From NCBI GenBank assembly GCA_964016885.1, contig OZ024742.1:34348001-34412000 (forward strand): a stretch of DNA of 64,000 nucleotides, written 5' to 3'. Shown piece by piece: positions 12,762-27,750 of this stretch. The stretch is from Eledone cirrhosa. Its lineage: Eukaryota. The number at the start of each line of letters is the position of its first letter. Positions within the stretch are counted from its first letter, which is position 1. The position numbers and the translations under genes are program-made. The notes under the pieces are model-generated. The model did no database searches. It was given only the letters and a program-made list of their open reading frames with translations, and was not told the DNA's origin.

Positions 12762-13262
12762 TGTAATCTGAGTTTTCGAATATTAATAATAACATTCGAT
12801 TCGTTTGCAATTATACACATAAAATACACAGTGACTGATCGGCCTGATTTGCATAACATTTTCTTTTTTATTTGTACTTGACAAAGTCCCCATTTATCGC
12901 TCGTATACAGGAAACTGACTGGCTGGTCTGCTGATATGCAAATCTGGCTGATCAGTGGATCTGCTAATATGCAGATCAGACTGATCAGCCAGTCTGCTAA
13001 TATGCAAATCAGGCCGATTAGTCACTGTGTATTTTTGAAAATAGCATATATATTCACTAGCTCTGACAGCTGGCAGGTGAACAGTGAGTTGTACTGATGA
13101 AGGGTGATACCCAGAAACATTAGTTTCTGGAGTTCTGTTCACATGCCAACACAAGAGCAAGAATGAAGTGTTCATTCTACTGACATGGCTATAAAATTGA
13201 GGCTTGTTTTTATAATTGCAAACGAATCGAATGTTATTATTAATATTCGAAAAACTCAGATT

Positions 13263-13264
<2 letters not shown>
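12762..13264 (+). mobile_element. PLE-type fold-back insertion with about 50 bp inverted ends, a 33 bp minisatellite and a degenerate HHR
   Basis: 12762-12815 is the reverse complement of 13210-13264. CTGCT.ATATGCA.ATC repeats at 12915-13030. CTGATGA-AGGGTGATACCCA-GAAACATTAGTT at 13094-13125. Confidence 0.5.
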
Positions 13265-13358
<94 letters not shown>

Positions 13359-14060
13359 ATATGCATATAAGTGTAGTATGAGCATCAGGCTTTGTATTGG
13401 TGATTCCTATAGCCAACAAGTGGAATATGAAATGTGTCGAAACAGAGTATTGTACAATATATATTTATTCTTCATATTCTTACAGCATGGCTACGATGTT
13501 TCAGGAAAGCATGTATTCTCTGTTGAAGTTTAGCTAATACATTCTATACTGGAACCTCGTGCTTATTTTGTAAAATTGAGATAAAAATAGAGAGAATGAC
13601 ATTGGTAGAAACACATTAACAAATCTAAATACACATACTCATACTGAAATTATGCACACGCACACACACACACAGACACGCGCATGCACACACACACACA
13701 CGCACACACACACACACACAAACGCACATACACACTCTCATTTATATATATATATATATGTTACTATAACAGAAATCCGACGAACTTTTGAATCCTGAGT
13801 TGGACCAGATTGATACAGATCGAACCTTGAGCTGATAAATCGTGAAACGTGCGTCACTACTCAGTAAACGTAATGAAGGCCTAACAAATCATCCATTTTA
13901 TTATACTTCTTAGTGCTACACATTTATACCTACGGGAAACTACGCATCGAGTTATCACCCTCGTGAAGGTTAAAATACGAATATATATATATATATATAT
14001 ATACATTCGTACATAATATAGGCAGGCATGTCCTTACACACACATACACATACGCGCGCG

Positions 14061-14117
<57 letters not shown>

Positions 14118-14317
14118 AGAATATAGGCTATAGACAGGCTTAAACCTAGAATACGGATGTGGTTATATCAACGTTTCTTTATGGTTGTATTTATGCATAT
14201 ATATATATGGATAAATATATGTGTATGTATGTATGTATGTATGTATGTATGTATGTATGTATGTATGTATGTATGTATGTACGTGTGTATATATATATGT
14301 ACGTATGTACGTGTGTA

Positions 14318-16194
14318 TACAGAGGTATATCATTGCTTTCTGTCGTCGGGAAAGTTTTATGTAGGGTGTTTCTGGACCGTCTGCTGACACACATTGCAGA
14401 GTGTGTTCTTCCTGAAAGTCAATCTGGTTTTCGTGCTGGACACGACACTAATGATATGATCTTCTCAGCGAGACAGCTCCAGGAGAGGTGCATGGAACAA
14501 GGTTTGGATCTGTATCAGGTTTTTGTCGATCTGACAAAAGCTTTCGATACTGTTAACAGAAACTTGGTTGCCCTTATAAGTTCCTTGCTTTAGTTAGGTC
14601 TTTCCATGACGACATGAAGGCTTGGGTTAATGTCGGGGTAACATGTCGGAGCCTATCTCAGTAAAAAATGGAGTGAAACAGGGGGATATTCCAGCACCGA
14701 CCCTGTTTGCCATATACTTTGCAATGATTTTCTGTATTGCATTTAGGAATTGCGTGCGTGGTGTTTACATCCGATATCGAACTTCAGGCAGCATATTTAA
14801 CATCAGGCGCTTTGCTGCAAAGACAAAAGTATTTACATCAATCATAAGAGACCTCTTGTATGCAAATGATTGCGATCTTGTAGCGCACACAGAGAGTGAT
14901 ATGCAGCACATTTTGAATGCATTTTCTGACGCTTGCACTGCCCTAGGATTGACTGACAGTCTCAAGAAAACCGTCGTCATGTACCAACCTGCCCCTGGTA
15001 AGCAGTACAGTGAACCAAACATCTATGTGTATGGTAAACGACTTGGAGTGGTTGATCAGTTTGTCTACCTGGGAAGCACTGTCAATCGATACAGCAACCT
15101 TGATAGTAAAATCTCACTTAGGATTAGGAAAGCAAGTGATGCTTTCGGAAAGCTAGAAAGGCGACTCTGGGGTCGGCGAGACATATGCAAGAAGACAAAG
15201 GTAAAGGTGTACAAGGCATCTGTGCTCTCTTGTCTTCTTTATGCCTGCGAAACCTGGGTCACATATTGACACCACCTTAAGCAATTGGAGCGTTTCCATC
15301 AGATGTGTCTCAGATGGATCCATGGCATTCACTGGAGGGACCACATCAGTGATGTCGAGATTTTGGAAAGCTCTATGTGTAACAGTATAGAAGCTCTTGT
15401 GCTTAAGCAACGACTCCGTTGGAGTGGTCAGGAGGAAGGATTCTAGAATACCAAAACAACTCTTTTATGGGGAGTTAGTTTTATGGAGAGTTAGTTTTAT
15501 GGAGAGTTAGTTAAAGAAAAACGACCGCCAAGTAAACCAAAAAAGAAGTATAAGGATTCCTTGAAAGCCTCTCTGAAAGACGCTAACATCTCTGCTGATA
15601 CATGGGAAAATATTGCTGCTGATCGTAATAAATGGAGAAAGACTGTATATGAGGGAAAAGTTGCCTTTGAGGCATCTCGAATCGCATACGAGAAAGTAAA
15701 GCGGGATGTGAGGAAGGGCATTGCTGTTTCACTTCCAGACGGCTAGGGTCCTCATATGGTGCTGACATGCAGCATTTTTGCGAGACTCTGCCTAAGCAAA
15801 GCTGGACTCGAAAGTCATCTTCGCAGTCATAAAGTAAGACCAGTGGTTGACTACCAGGCTGCTGTTGGAGATGCTACTCATCATGCTTGCCAAACATGTG
15901 GTAGAGAATGTAAATCAGCAGGAGGGCTCAAACGATATGCAAAAGTACACGAATTCCAACCACAGCCGGCTATTCCCAGTGAATATTTTGGTTGCCGACT
16001 CTGTGCAAGACATTTTACATCATTGGTTGGGCTAAAAAGCCACATTCGATCGCAGCGCTGTTAGTTGCTATCGTGTGTGTGTGTGTATAGATATGTTTAT
16101 GTGTGTGCGTGTGTGTGTATATATATGTACATGTATATTATTATTGTTGTTGTTGTCGTTATTATTATTGTTGTTATTATTATTATTATTGTTA

Positions 16195-16271
<77 letters not shown>

Positions 16272-16340
16272 ATATATATGTATATATATTTTTTTTTCTC
16301 GTGCAATGGCCATACTCGATAACGAGGGGGCAGCCATCAT
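14318..16340 (+). mobile_element. RTE-clade LINE, 5'-truncated (RT plus zinc fingers); same family as 8189-9399
   Basis: YRGISLLSVVGK, ESQSGFR, FVDLTKAFDTVNR, GVKQG, LLYANDC, FVYLGS. The 3' region is nearly identical to 8189-9399. Confidence 0.92.
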
Positions 16341-16751
16341 ATATGTATGTATGTATGTATGAATGAATATATGTATGTATATATGTATGTATTGATGAAT
16401 ATATGTATGTACGAATGTATGTACGTATGTATTTATGTATTTATATATGCATGTATGCATGTATGCATGTATGCATGTATGTATGTATGCATGTATATAC
16501 TTATGTATATATGTATTATGTATGTATGGATGGATGTATGTATACATATATATATATGCATGTATGTATGTGTGAATGAATGTATGTATATATGCATAGT
16601 TTATGACTATCCAATATGAATTCCATATATGAGTGGTTGGCCGATTATTTTCGGGTGTGTTCATGTTTACGTTAAGTTATTGTAATCCATTTATCCCGTT
16701 ACCTTTTAGTCATTAATACATTCATACGATATGATAAACGTAAAAATAATA

Positions 16752-16935
16752 ACTGTTTCTACTTTTGCCACAAGGCCAGCAATTATCTCAGTGTATTACT
16801 GGTACTTTATTTTATCGACCCCGTGAAAGGCAAAGTTAACTTCGGCGGGATTTGAACTCAGAATGGCAAGGGCCGTAACTCTATGTGTCAAAGCATGGCG
16901 TCCGACCCTTTACCGATACTGCCAATCCACCGCCT
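16752..16935 (-). mobile_element. tRNA-derived SINE with target-site duplication
   Basis: Family consensus; flanked by the direct repeat AAACGTAAAAATAATAAC at about 16737 and 16940. Confidence 0.85.
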
Positions 16936-17001
16936 TTTTAAACGTAAAAATAATAACAGAAGCTATTTGCAAGAAAACATGGTGAGAACTAAATATTTTA
17001 A

Positions 17002-17177
17002 TGATTGTTTCTACTTTTGGCACAAGGCCAGCAATTATACCAGTGTATTACTGGTACTTTATTTTATCGAGCCCGTAAGGATGAAAGGCAAAGTTAACCT
17101 CGGCGGGATTTCAACTCAGACCATAAAGGGCCGTAACTCTATTCTTCAAAGCATGGCTCCGACCCTCTACCGATACG
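17002..17177 (-). mobile_element. tRNA-derived SINE
   Basis: Family consensus; direct repeat CTATTTGCAAGAAAACATGGTGAG at about 16963 and 17182. Confidence 0.82.
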
Positions 17178-17204
17178 GAAACTATTTGCAAGAAAACATG
17201 GTGA

Positions 17205-17400
17205 GTGGCCCTAGGGCTACCTCCCTATTCACCACCATAGGTGCTGAGCTGGCCAGCCGCAGATGTGAGCCTCGCGAGTTGGAATGGTTCTTTCATCGCA
17301 TCTTCCTTACCATCCTCCGGGGAAACGCCTTCTGCATCCTATCCGCCGGGGCTGTGGGGAGGCCAGCACGTGGGACCCCATTTGCTCACCATACGGATTA
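17205..17400 (+). mobile_element. CRE-like non-LTR 3' fragment
   Basis: TTIGAELASRRCEPRELEWFFHRI...RGNA is homologous to 27560-27713. Confidence 0.75.
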
Positions 17401-17487
17401 ATAGGCAAAGTTATAAACTATTGTAAATATAACAAATAAATATTTTAATAATTCTATTCTATTCCATTTTATTGCATTTTCCCAATT

Positions 17488-17712
17488 TCACTCATTCACT
17501 CATTCATTCACTCATTCATTCACTCATTCATTCACTCATTCACTCATTCATTCACTCATTCATTCACTCATTCACTTATTCATTCACTTATTCATTCACT
17601 CATTCATTCACTCATTCATTCACTCATTCACTCATTCATTCCCTCATTCACTCATTCATTCACTCATTCATTCACTCATTCACTTATTCATTCACTCATT
17701 CATTCATTCCTT
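17488..17712. repeat. (CATT/CACT)n simple repeat
   Basis: Seen directly. Confidence 0.9.
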
Positions 17713-18689
17713 CTTTCTTTCTTTCTTTCAACGTATTTTCTGGCGATTGGAAAATTTCAATTTTATGTTGTAATTGTAATCTTTAGTGTAAATCTTAGCC
17801 ATTGTAATTATCACATGTATCAGCAGCAGCAGTGACATCAACAGCAGCACCAGCAGTATCATCGTCAACAGCAGCAGTAACATTATAATAATCAACACCT
17901 GTAACATTGTCATCATCATCAGGAGTAATGTCAGCAGTAACATCAGTAGTAACACCAGCAACATCGTAAACCATATTATCATATCATTATCATTGGTACT
18001 ATCATAGCATTAACATCTCTATCATCATCATCATCATCACCACAACCATCATCAGTATTCTCAGCATCATCACCATCATCATCAGCAGCAGCATCACCAG
18101 CATCAACGGCAGTAGTAGTAACATCAGCAGCATCGTAAACAATATCGTCATATCATGATCATTCGTACTATCATTGCATTAACATGACTACCATCACCTT
18201 CCTCATCACCACCAACATCAACATCATCATCATCATCATTATCATCATCATCATCAGCAGCAGCAGCAGCAGTTTCACCAGCATCACCAGCCTCATTATT
18301 GTGACTATAATTTACATGACATTATGACGACGATGCTAGCAAAGGTGTTAATAGAACGGCGATGAAGAGCAGTTTTTCCAAAAGTACTTGGCCTGACTGT
18401 GCCGTGGGTGGAAGCGTTATTAGTTGAAGGTATAATCTACGGAATACGTGAAAAACAACATATCATCCTCGAAGAATTTGTTATGTATGACTTGATGGAT
18501 GAATCAATGGGTGGAGGGATGGAAGAAAAAAGTCGATTCTGAGATCGGATGAAGGAAACCATGCTTCCAATGGTTTCCATTCCTATATATGCTTAGATTA
18601 TGTTCTTTGCAGATCAATAGAAAATATTAAGTAGCTTAGCGCTAAACCTAGAATGTTTCAGATGCATGACATAGTCAATTAAAAGAATC

Positions 18690-19457
18690 CCTGATACAGA
18701 GAATGCAGACGGCTTAGCACTTCTCGCAGACACACCTTCACATACGGAATGTCTTCTTCACAGCTTGGCGCAATCGGCCAGAGGTATTGGACTATATGTG
18801 AACTCAGAAAGAACTTGTATTATGAACAGGAAGGCACAATTACCTCCATAGATGGAAAATATATCGTCAAAGGAGATAAATTTGTCTAACTGGGTAGCAA
18901 CATCATATTTTCAGAAAGTGATGTCAACATCTGCATTGTAAAAGCTTGGGCTGCCTTGAACAGTTTGACGTTTTATGGAAATCCCCAGTGCTTGATAAGA
19001 TGGAGAGAGACTTTTTCCAAGCAGTTGTAGCACAAATTTTGCTATAGTAGAGCTCCACTTAGACATTAACAAAGAGACTTGAAAGGAAGCTAGATGATAG
19101 TTACTTGCGAATGTTCCGTGTTGTTCTTAATATATAATGGAGGCAACACTCCTCCAAACAAAAAACTTATGTACACCTAACCCCAGTGTTACAAGCCATC
19201 CGAGAAAATAGGATGCGTCTTACTGGACTGCCGGACACTGCTGGACACTTCTGGAGTAGCAAGGAGGAAATTCTCAACCATGGCGATGTGCTGTTATGGA
19301 ACTCCACAAAAGATCTTAACACGTTTTCCGGGCCATGTAAAAACTACATCAACCTACTTAGTCAAGATGCAACGTGTACTGTAGACCTTCAGGAACAATG
19401 GATGATCGAGATGTATGGAGGGAACGAGTCAGGAGTATACGTGCAACCAGCACAACC

Positions 19458-19500
<43 letters not shown>
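18690..19500 (+). mobile_element. Old degraded RTE-like LINE 3' fragment with (GAT)n tail
   Basis: ADGLALLADT...LLHSLAQSARGIGLYVNSE and FV*LGS remnants, many stops, followed by (GAT)n. Confidence 0.65.
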
Positions 19501-19502
<2 letters not shown>

Positions 19503-19828
19503 GGAGGAGGAGGAGGAGGAGGAAGAGGAGGAGGAGGAGGAGGAGGGGGAGGTGTATGAGGATGATGTGGATGAGGATGATGTTGATGGTGATAATGATG
19601 ATGAGAATTTAAAGAATAGTGATTAATAAATCGAAATTTAGGTGTGTTATATTACTACAGTGATATAGATGGGTTCGGAAACACATTCTTATGGTGATGA
19701 TGATGATGGTGATGATGATGATGGTGGTGGTTTAGATAGTGAAGAAGAAGAAGAAGAAGAAGAAGAAGAAGAAGAAGAAGAAGAAGAAGAAGAAGAAGAA
19801 GAAGAAGAAGAAGAAGAAGAAGAAGAAG

Positions 19829-19859
<31 letters not shown>

Positions 19860-20197
19860 GCAACGATGATGACAACAACAACTAGAACATTTAAACTGGC
19901 GTCTGTAAAGAAAGTCTTTATCTGTAAAATAAATTAAATTAGATATGTATATAGCTTTAATATTAATATAAGAGGTTAGTAGATCTCTCTAAAGCGTTAA
20001 CCTGCATAAAAATCCTATCAAAGAACGGATAAATATATCGTGTGAATAACAGATACGATGCTCACCATAATTGTACATCACAGTATTGACAATTCCAAAA
20101 ACCGAGCATATATATTGCAAATCGCGGAGATGGTGCCGATATATATATGTATGTATGTATATGTATGTATGTATATGTATGTATATGTATGTATATG

Positions 20198-20266
<69 letters not shown>

Positions 20267-20370
20267 AGTGTAACTTGGGGTTACTGCAGGTTCACCCGGG
20301 TGAGAACTCGATGTTTAGGTTCACTTCTGTGTTGAGGTGTAGAGCTATACAGAGTGAAATATATTTTAAA

Positions 20371-20457
20371 GGGTCTGTCGAGCTGCCGATTATTGAGTCG
20401 GGTAAGATCGATACAGATCGAACGTTGAGCTGATCAGTAGCGAAACGCGCGTCACCT
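20371..20457 (+). ncRNA. Degenerate type I HHR with long stem II (relative at about 13776-13860)
   Basis: GGGT CTGTCGA GCTGCCGAT...ATCAGTAGC GAAAC GCGC GTC ACCT; one core mismatch. Confidence 0.5.
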
Positions 20458-20506
20458 ACCAATAAATGTAATGAAGGAGCAACCAATCGCCCTTGCTATC
20501 CTTTCA

Positions 20507-20538
<32 letters not shown>

Positions 20539-20618
20539 TTATATAAAGAGAGAGAGGGTGAGAGAGAGAGTGTGACAATAAGAAGTCAGAATTGCAGCTT
20601 GTCAAGAAACTGTATTGC

Positions 20619-20699
20619 CTATTACAATTGTTTCGATATCGATCAGCTCGGGTTTGATAAGGCGATCGGATACCGACCCTTCGGCACCTCTTCGGATAT
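20619..20699 (-). ncRNA. Type I HHR with CCGAAGA (U4C) core
   Basis: Minus strand: TAT CCGAAGA GGTGCCGA...TCGATATC GAAAC AATT GTA ATA. Confidence 0.5.
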
Positions 20700-20924
20700 A
20701 TATAAAAAAGAATTTGAAAATACAGTTGGAGTCTTTAAGATGGTTTATTTATATTAACCTCTAACTTTACCGGTTTCATAAGTTTCATTATTTTCAAAGG
20801 TTAAGAGAGCTGGCGAGAAGTGTGGCTACGTCGACTCGTAACTTGCATCTAACTCATGATGGCAATTTCCATCAGTTTTATGCAATAAACGTCACTGAGA
20901 TTGCAATATTTTTGACGTATAATT

Positions 20925-21085
20925 TTAGGCGCTGAGCTGGGAAGCCGCAGGTATGGGCTGGAATGGCTTTTCCAGCACGTCTCCCTTGCCGTCCTCCGGG
21001 GAAACGCCTTCTCCATTCTGTCTGCCGGGACTGTGGGGAGGCTACCAATATGATTGACTGACTTGTCATCTTATCAGTTAGATGA
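20925..21085 (+). mobile_element. CRE-like non-LTR 3' end fragment
   Basis: Closely matches 27580-27745, including the tail ATATGATTGA.TGACTTGTC.T.TTATCAGT.AGATG. Confidence 0.75.
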
Positions 21086-21294
21086 CATATTTTTGTTGCG
21101 GAAGAGTTTCAAGTGCCTGGAATTCTGTGTTATGCTGTCTCTAACATAGCAGCTATACACAAGACAGGTTGACTCAGAAGAAGACATTAGTGACGCATAT
21201 AGCGAGACAGATATCTGATCTGTTATAGTATGGAGTTAGTAGTTTAGTTCAATAATATTGTACTAACTATAACTTTGTAGTTTTAACGTATCAT

Positions 21295-21394
21295 AATTGT
21301 TTCTACTTTTTGGCACAAGGCCAGCAATTACCCAGTACATTACTGGTACTTTATTTTATCGACCCCGTAAGGATGAAAGGTAAAGTTAACCTCG
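21295..21394 (-). mobile_element. SINE 3' half
   Basis: Family consensus. Confidence 0.8.
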
Positions 21395-21755
21395 CCCTAA
21401 TATACTTTGCTTTGACTGTAGTTATTTTAACACACCATAATACTGTTTAGATAGCCAACCTAACCTAGATCTTTTAACTATTTGATGGTTTGAGGATGAT
21501 CACGTGATTAGGCATCGAAATTTGTGATAATTTCGCACCAAAAATCGGTAGTGTTATGTATCTTTCAATTTTATGCAAAACAGTGGCTCGAATTGTTTTC
21601 TGCGTAAAGTATATTTTGAGAGACTGAAGATGGTCGCGTGATTAGGCCCCGAACTTTAGTGGATATGGAAAGTAGCAATTAATGTCTGTTTTTCGTGTGT
21701 TCAGTAACAAAGGGAATTACTATTGTGTTTGTGGCAATCCATAAAATTCAAAAAT

Positions 21756-21856
<101 letters not shown>

Positions 21857-22253
21857 ACACACACACCAGCAGCTCGTGGGTTAGTTGAAAATATCTAATT
21901 TATAAAACGTCGTTAAGATTATCGTCGTGTGTTTTGTCCTGTCTTACAGTCCAACTAGAGCCAACTGTATCGCCCTTAAAGGACAGAAACAACGTATCTC
22001 TAGCGGTCGACTGAGGAGATAAGACTGCCTGCTGTCATTCACTTCCTTTTCTTCGCTCATATTCTTTATTTATTTATACACAGAATAGTTTTCCGAAGAG
22101 GATTAAAAGAGAACACCAATTCTTGGTTATTTAAAACGAATGAAACTGTTGTAGTCTTGTAATAATTACTTATATATGAAATATATATGTAGGTAGGTAT
22201 ATATATCATACAACAGTTGTGTGTGTATACATGTATATATATATATATAGTAA

Positions 22254-22328
<75 letters not shown>

Positions 22329-22721
22329 TTCAAGAGTAACCAATCTTAAAGAGAGAGATGGAGATAGTAGAGGAGATATGAGAGGAGAGATTGGTGAGTT
22401 AGTTAGAAGCCAAAGCGTAAAGGCATGTGCTCAATGTGCAATATGCAGTAGAAAGCAGCTAGGTGGCTGGGTTCATGCAGAAGTTAGGTGCGCAGAGCTG
22501 GAAATATTCATTAGTTAAGAAAAACAAGACCACAAACTTCACAAGGAAGACATTGTGTGAGATCTGTCCATAAGCAGATCTCACACAATGCAGCCTCGAC
22601 AGATGAATACTGCTTGATTATGGCTGACGGCTGATGCAACCAAGACACCATAGTAAAAACCAATATATGGAACATCATATTATGTAACATTATCCCATTA
22701 TTTTAATTTATATTCATTTGA

Positions 22722-22841
22722 GTTCCGATGAGCCACTCTGTTTTTTAAATATGTTAATTATTTTCAACTGAACCAGATCAATTATGATATATAGTCATCT
22801 GATCCAGAAATATTATATGGAGTAGCGAAACAATTGTAAAC
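22722..22841 (+). ncRNA. Type I HHR with CCGATGA (U4C) core and long stem II, inside fold-back element 22504-22940
   Basis: GTT CCGATGA GCCACTC...GAGTAGC GAAAC AATT GTA AAC. The element ends 22504-22537 and 22906-22940 are inverted. Confidence 0.55.
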
Positions 22842-22932
22842 GGACATTATTATTATTAATATTATTATTATTATTCTCTACATTCCTTACATCAAACTAA
22901 AATATGTTTGTGGTCTTGTTTTGCTTAACTAA

Positions 22933-22996
<64 letters not shown>

Positions 22997-23000
<4 letters not shown>

Positions 23001-23172
23001 AACGAGTAGGACGCCGACGGCTGAGCTAAATTAGTCCAGAATTAGCCGTCGAAACGGCTTGAGCTCAGCCGTCGGGGTCCTACTCGTTCCTATTACCCAC
23101 TCTACTACCCTAAGTATTGAGTACTTTGGTGCGTTATGGTCCACCTGGTTCCTTACCACATTTCCTTCGTTA
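22997..23172 (+). mobile_element. PLE family A terminal-repeat fragment with short inverted arm, in (TA)n
   Basis: AGGAACGAGTAGGACGCCGACGGCTGAGCT is inverted against the downstream copy. Contains the HHR 3' half GAAACGGCTTGAGCTCAGCCGTC. Confidence 0.7.
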
Positions 23173-23220
23173 TATATATATATATATAAATTTATATATA
23201 TATAGATATGTATATATATG

Positions 23221-23253
<33 letters not shown>

Positions 23254-23376
23254 GTATATATATGTATGCATATGTATATATATACATATATATATGTATA
23301 TATATATACGTATATATACATATGTATATATATGTATACATATATATATATATGTATATATACATATATGTATATA

Positions 23377-23462
<86 letters not shown>

Positions 23463-23861
23463 GTATGTGTATATATATATACAAATTATATATATATATA
23501 TATATTTGAGTCTGTGTGTGCGTGGGAATGTGCTAGATAGCTACATGAATATTTAACATAGAATAATATATCATAGTTATATCATCTTATCACACTTTTA
23601 TTATTGAAATATATCTAGTAAAGACAAGAATAGGTTTATTATATTTATTCTATTTATTCTATTTATTCTATTTATTATATTATTGTATTTAACTTATACA
23701 TCAATTGTTGGAGGAAAGATTTTATGACGGCTTAAGTGAAACTTGCACACACGCGGACACACACATACCTACACACACCCACACAAACACAATCACACAC
23801 AGGCATATAAATAAAAATAAATAAATGAATAATATATATATACTTATACATATATATACTT

Positions 23862-23950
<89 letters not shown>

Positions 23951-24859
23951 AGTAAGTAGAATCAAACACATTGAGTGAAATAGAGAATTCAGAGATCATT
24001 TCTTTACCTATAGATGTTAAAAATGATGAGTAAAAAATAACAATATATGTATTAAAAATAATAACATGAATGGCGATGTAGCTTCCCGTTATTTAATGAT
24101 ATAGTATAGAGGAAGTATTGTCAGTTAAAATAAGTGGTGTATTGAGAGACATGTCACTATAAACATTCCATGTCTTATCGATATTTCTTTTCTATACATA
24201 CATATAACTTACATGAGTGCACATACACATAAATGTGTGAATTTGTGTAAGGTGCGCAACTGTGTTTGGATATAATGAATTCTATTGGTGAAACATGAAT
24301 GTGCAAGCATATATATATGTTTATTTTAAAAACCACCCGGTTGAGAGCTTATTTCATTTGTGTTATTTATGCAATTTTGTGCATGGTATACACTTACTGA
24401 ATTGATTTGCCAACATCTGGGATTCTTTCCCCTTGTGAATTCCACACGTGCTTTTACGAGCCTCAGTGTCACTCACAAATTTGGTACAGAGCGAAATACC
24501 TGTTGAGAACGTGATATTCCTTGTTCGACCATTATACCTAGAGCTTATATTTTTAACCGGACAGTATTTTGATTTAGGTGTCATAGAAACCCTTAATTTG
24601 GATTTTAACATCAATTCCAAGGGGTCCAGGTCTGTGTTTTCTTTATCATTTATTTTATTTTGTTTTGACCTGTTTAGCTTGATTTGCTTTTTGGCTTAGG
24701 TGGTTGACGCTTTCTTGACCACTATTTCAGTTTTGTATGGCTTCTTAACATATTGTTTAGCTCTAGTTTTTTAACTATCGAGCGCTTGCCAGTATCATAT
24801 CTGACTTTTGCGTTTCGTTTCGCCTTTCCTACCCGCCGAATTGCGATTCTCGCTGAAAC

Positions 24860-24942
<83 letters not shown>

Positions 24943-24954
24943 CTATATATATAT

Positions 24955-25301
<347 letters not shown>

Positions 25302-25392
25302 CGAAGGAAATGTGGTAAGGAACCAGGTGGACCATAACGCACCAAAGTACTCAATACTTGAGGTAGTAGAGTGGGTAATAGGAACCAGTAAG

Positions 25393-25486
25393 ACCCCGAC
25401 AGCTGAGCTCAAGCCGTTTCGACGGCTAATTCTGGACTAAATGAAAATTTATCCTGGTATTTAAATAGCCGATCTTCTCAAGGGGT
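25393..25486 (-). ncRNA. Type I HHR, U3:A8 core variant
   Basis: Reverse complement of 26338-26431. Confidence 0.72.
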
Positions 25487-26337
25487 AATTCCATATATGG
25501 TCAAAGTGATTGTCAAAAATCAGTAGTAATTCTGTGGTTGCAAATTAGTAGGGGAAATGGTGGCTAAACCTGCCAGTAGGAGAAAGAGGGGAGGGGGTGG
25601 AGTAGACCCAATCAAGCGTTGGTAGTGCCAGCTACAGCTGGGCATGAGGTCAAAGAAGATACAGGGGAGGGGGAGGGGGAGGAAGTCGGAACGGTAGGTA
25701 GAACAATGGGGGGTAGAAATAAAAAATACTGAGAGTGAAGAAAAGCAAATAAGTGTAAAGAAAAAAGTAAAGTAAATTAAATTCTACGACCTAGGTCTCA
25801 GGCTATTGTTAGTCTAGAATAAAATAAAGAAAGAAAGAAAAAAGTAAAGAAATAAATAAATAAATAAATAACGAAATAAGTAAAAGAACTAGGTGGGACG
25901 GTATAGGCAAGCACCCTTTTAAGAGGTATAAGTACGTAAATGATACTGTGACGGGTCAACAAAAGGGGCCAAAATACTAAAGAGACTACCACGAAATAAA
26001 CAATAAAGGTTTCCATCCCGGGCCAGCAACGACCCAGTGCAGCAAAGTGAACTTGTAGGAGATAATAATTCTGAGTCCCGAGAAAAATATATACTAATGC
26101 TAACTCTAAAAGATCTAAAACAAGCTACATGAAAGTTCGTACGAAATAAAGGTAGAATACGGAGAAATAAATTCAGAATCCACCCCGCCCAGAAGAAAAG
26201 CGAAGCAAGAAATACTGAAACGAAAAAATAAGGCATAAGTGCCACTAAGAAATATAGAGGGCACAGAGAATAGTGGGAGCGGTCGGAAAAAGGGGGCAAG
26301 TATCCGGGGTCTAAGCCAACTGCTATTATATGGAATT

Positions 26338-26431
26338 ACCCCTTGAGAAGATCGGCTATTTAAATACCAGGATAAATTTTCATTTAGTCCAGAATTAGCC
26401 GTCGAAACGGCTTGAGCTCAGCTGTCGGGGT
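26338..26431 (+). ncRNA. Type I HHR, U3:A8 core variant
   Basis: ACCCC TTGAGAA GA(T)CGGCTA...TAGCCGTC GAAAC GGCT-TGAGCTC-AGCT GTC GGGGT: stems I, II and III all pair and the site is GUC. Confidence 0.75.
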
Positions 26432-26441
26432 CTTACTGGTT

Positions 26442-26529
<88 letters not shown>

Positions 26530-26760
26530 AATATATATATAAATATATACATTCATATATATATATACATACATACATATATATGGGAAGAGATATATTA
26601 GATATGTCTCATTTGAAATAATACACCCAATTTTCCACGCAAAACTTTTCGTTAACACCCCGAACACATAATTGGGAATATAATCACTTATTTCTTAATG
26701 TTTGTTGAGTGAGTTGGAATTTGGCCGGGGTATCGCTAAAAAGCTTTCTCCGATATTGTA

Positions 26761-26818
<58 letters not shown>

Positions 26819-26829
26819 TGTATATATTA

Positions 26830-27750
26830 TAGCTTTGGAACCCTCAATGGACCCTCTGTGATCAGAGAACGTGAGGCCCTCTGTGAGACATGGGACCGGC
26901 TGGGACTTAGCCCAGTAGACGTCCCTCCTCCTTCTCCCCTTGCTGACGTCAAGTCCCTCCAAAGCATTTGGGATGCCAAGTAATGCAGCCTAGCTTCAGA
27001 CAGGCTCACGCACCAGCTCGACCAGGACCACCTTGCCTGTTTTCGTGCGGCCTCCAAACTCCACAGTGGTGCCTGGCTCCATGCCTTGTCCTACTTCTCC
27101 ACTAGCACGCAGCTAGATAACAATAGCCTACACATTGGCGTTTCCTTGAGGTTTGGCCTCCGGATTTGGGAGCCACACCAATGTCGCTGTGGATCAACCG
27201 TGGACTCTTTCGGCCTCCACCCGCTTTCATGTCGCCACAGTGCCGGATACTTTCTACGCCATGCTTCCCTCAACGAGGTCATAAAGCATAACTTGGACGT
27301 TGCAGGCTACCCTTCCCAGCTCGAGCCGGTCAGATGGCATGACCATCGTCCCGTTCCGCGATGGCAAACCTCTCGTCTGGGATCCCACTTGCACCGACAC
27401 TTTCTCCAGCCGCACCCTGGTGTAGTCGGTGATTAACCCAGGTACTGCTGCACGTCGGGCTGAGGAGGCGAAACTCTTCAAATACCGGTCGCTCTCTGAC
27501 AGGTTTGCGGTTGTACCCTTCGCTGTGGACACTTCTGGTGTCCTCGGCGCTAGGACTATCTCCCTACTCACCACCATAGGCGCTGAGCTGGCCAGGCGCA
27601 GGTGTGAGCCTCGCGTCCTGGAATGGCTTTTCCAGCGTGTCTCCCTTGCCGTCTTCCTGGGAAACGCCTTCTCCATTCTGTCCACCGGGGCTGTGGAGAG
27701 GCCACTAATATGATTGATTGACTTGTCTTTTATCAGTCAGATGTTCCAAT
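26830..27750 (+). mobile_element. CRE-like non-LTR retrotransposon 3' fragment (restriction-like endonuclease)
   Basis: LRFGL...CRCG...GLHPLSC...RH..LN zinc finger, WD.TC.DT region, AEEAKLFKY and PFAVDTSGVLG; frameshifted. Confidence 0.8.

Noticed and set aside
19186-19869. Acidic poly-D/E ORFs
   Set aside because: A LINE remnant running into (GAT)n, (GAG)n and (GAA)n repeats.
21485-21660. Two hammerhead-like motifs
   Set aside because: Cores and stems are too degenerate to support.
24363-24760. Possible host exon on the minus strand (GTAAGT donor near 24395)
   Set aside because: Short ORF with no recognisable domain, no clear acceptor and no partner exons; needs RNA-seq.
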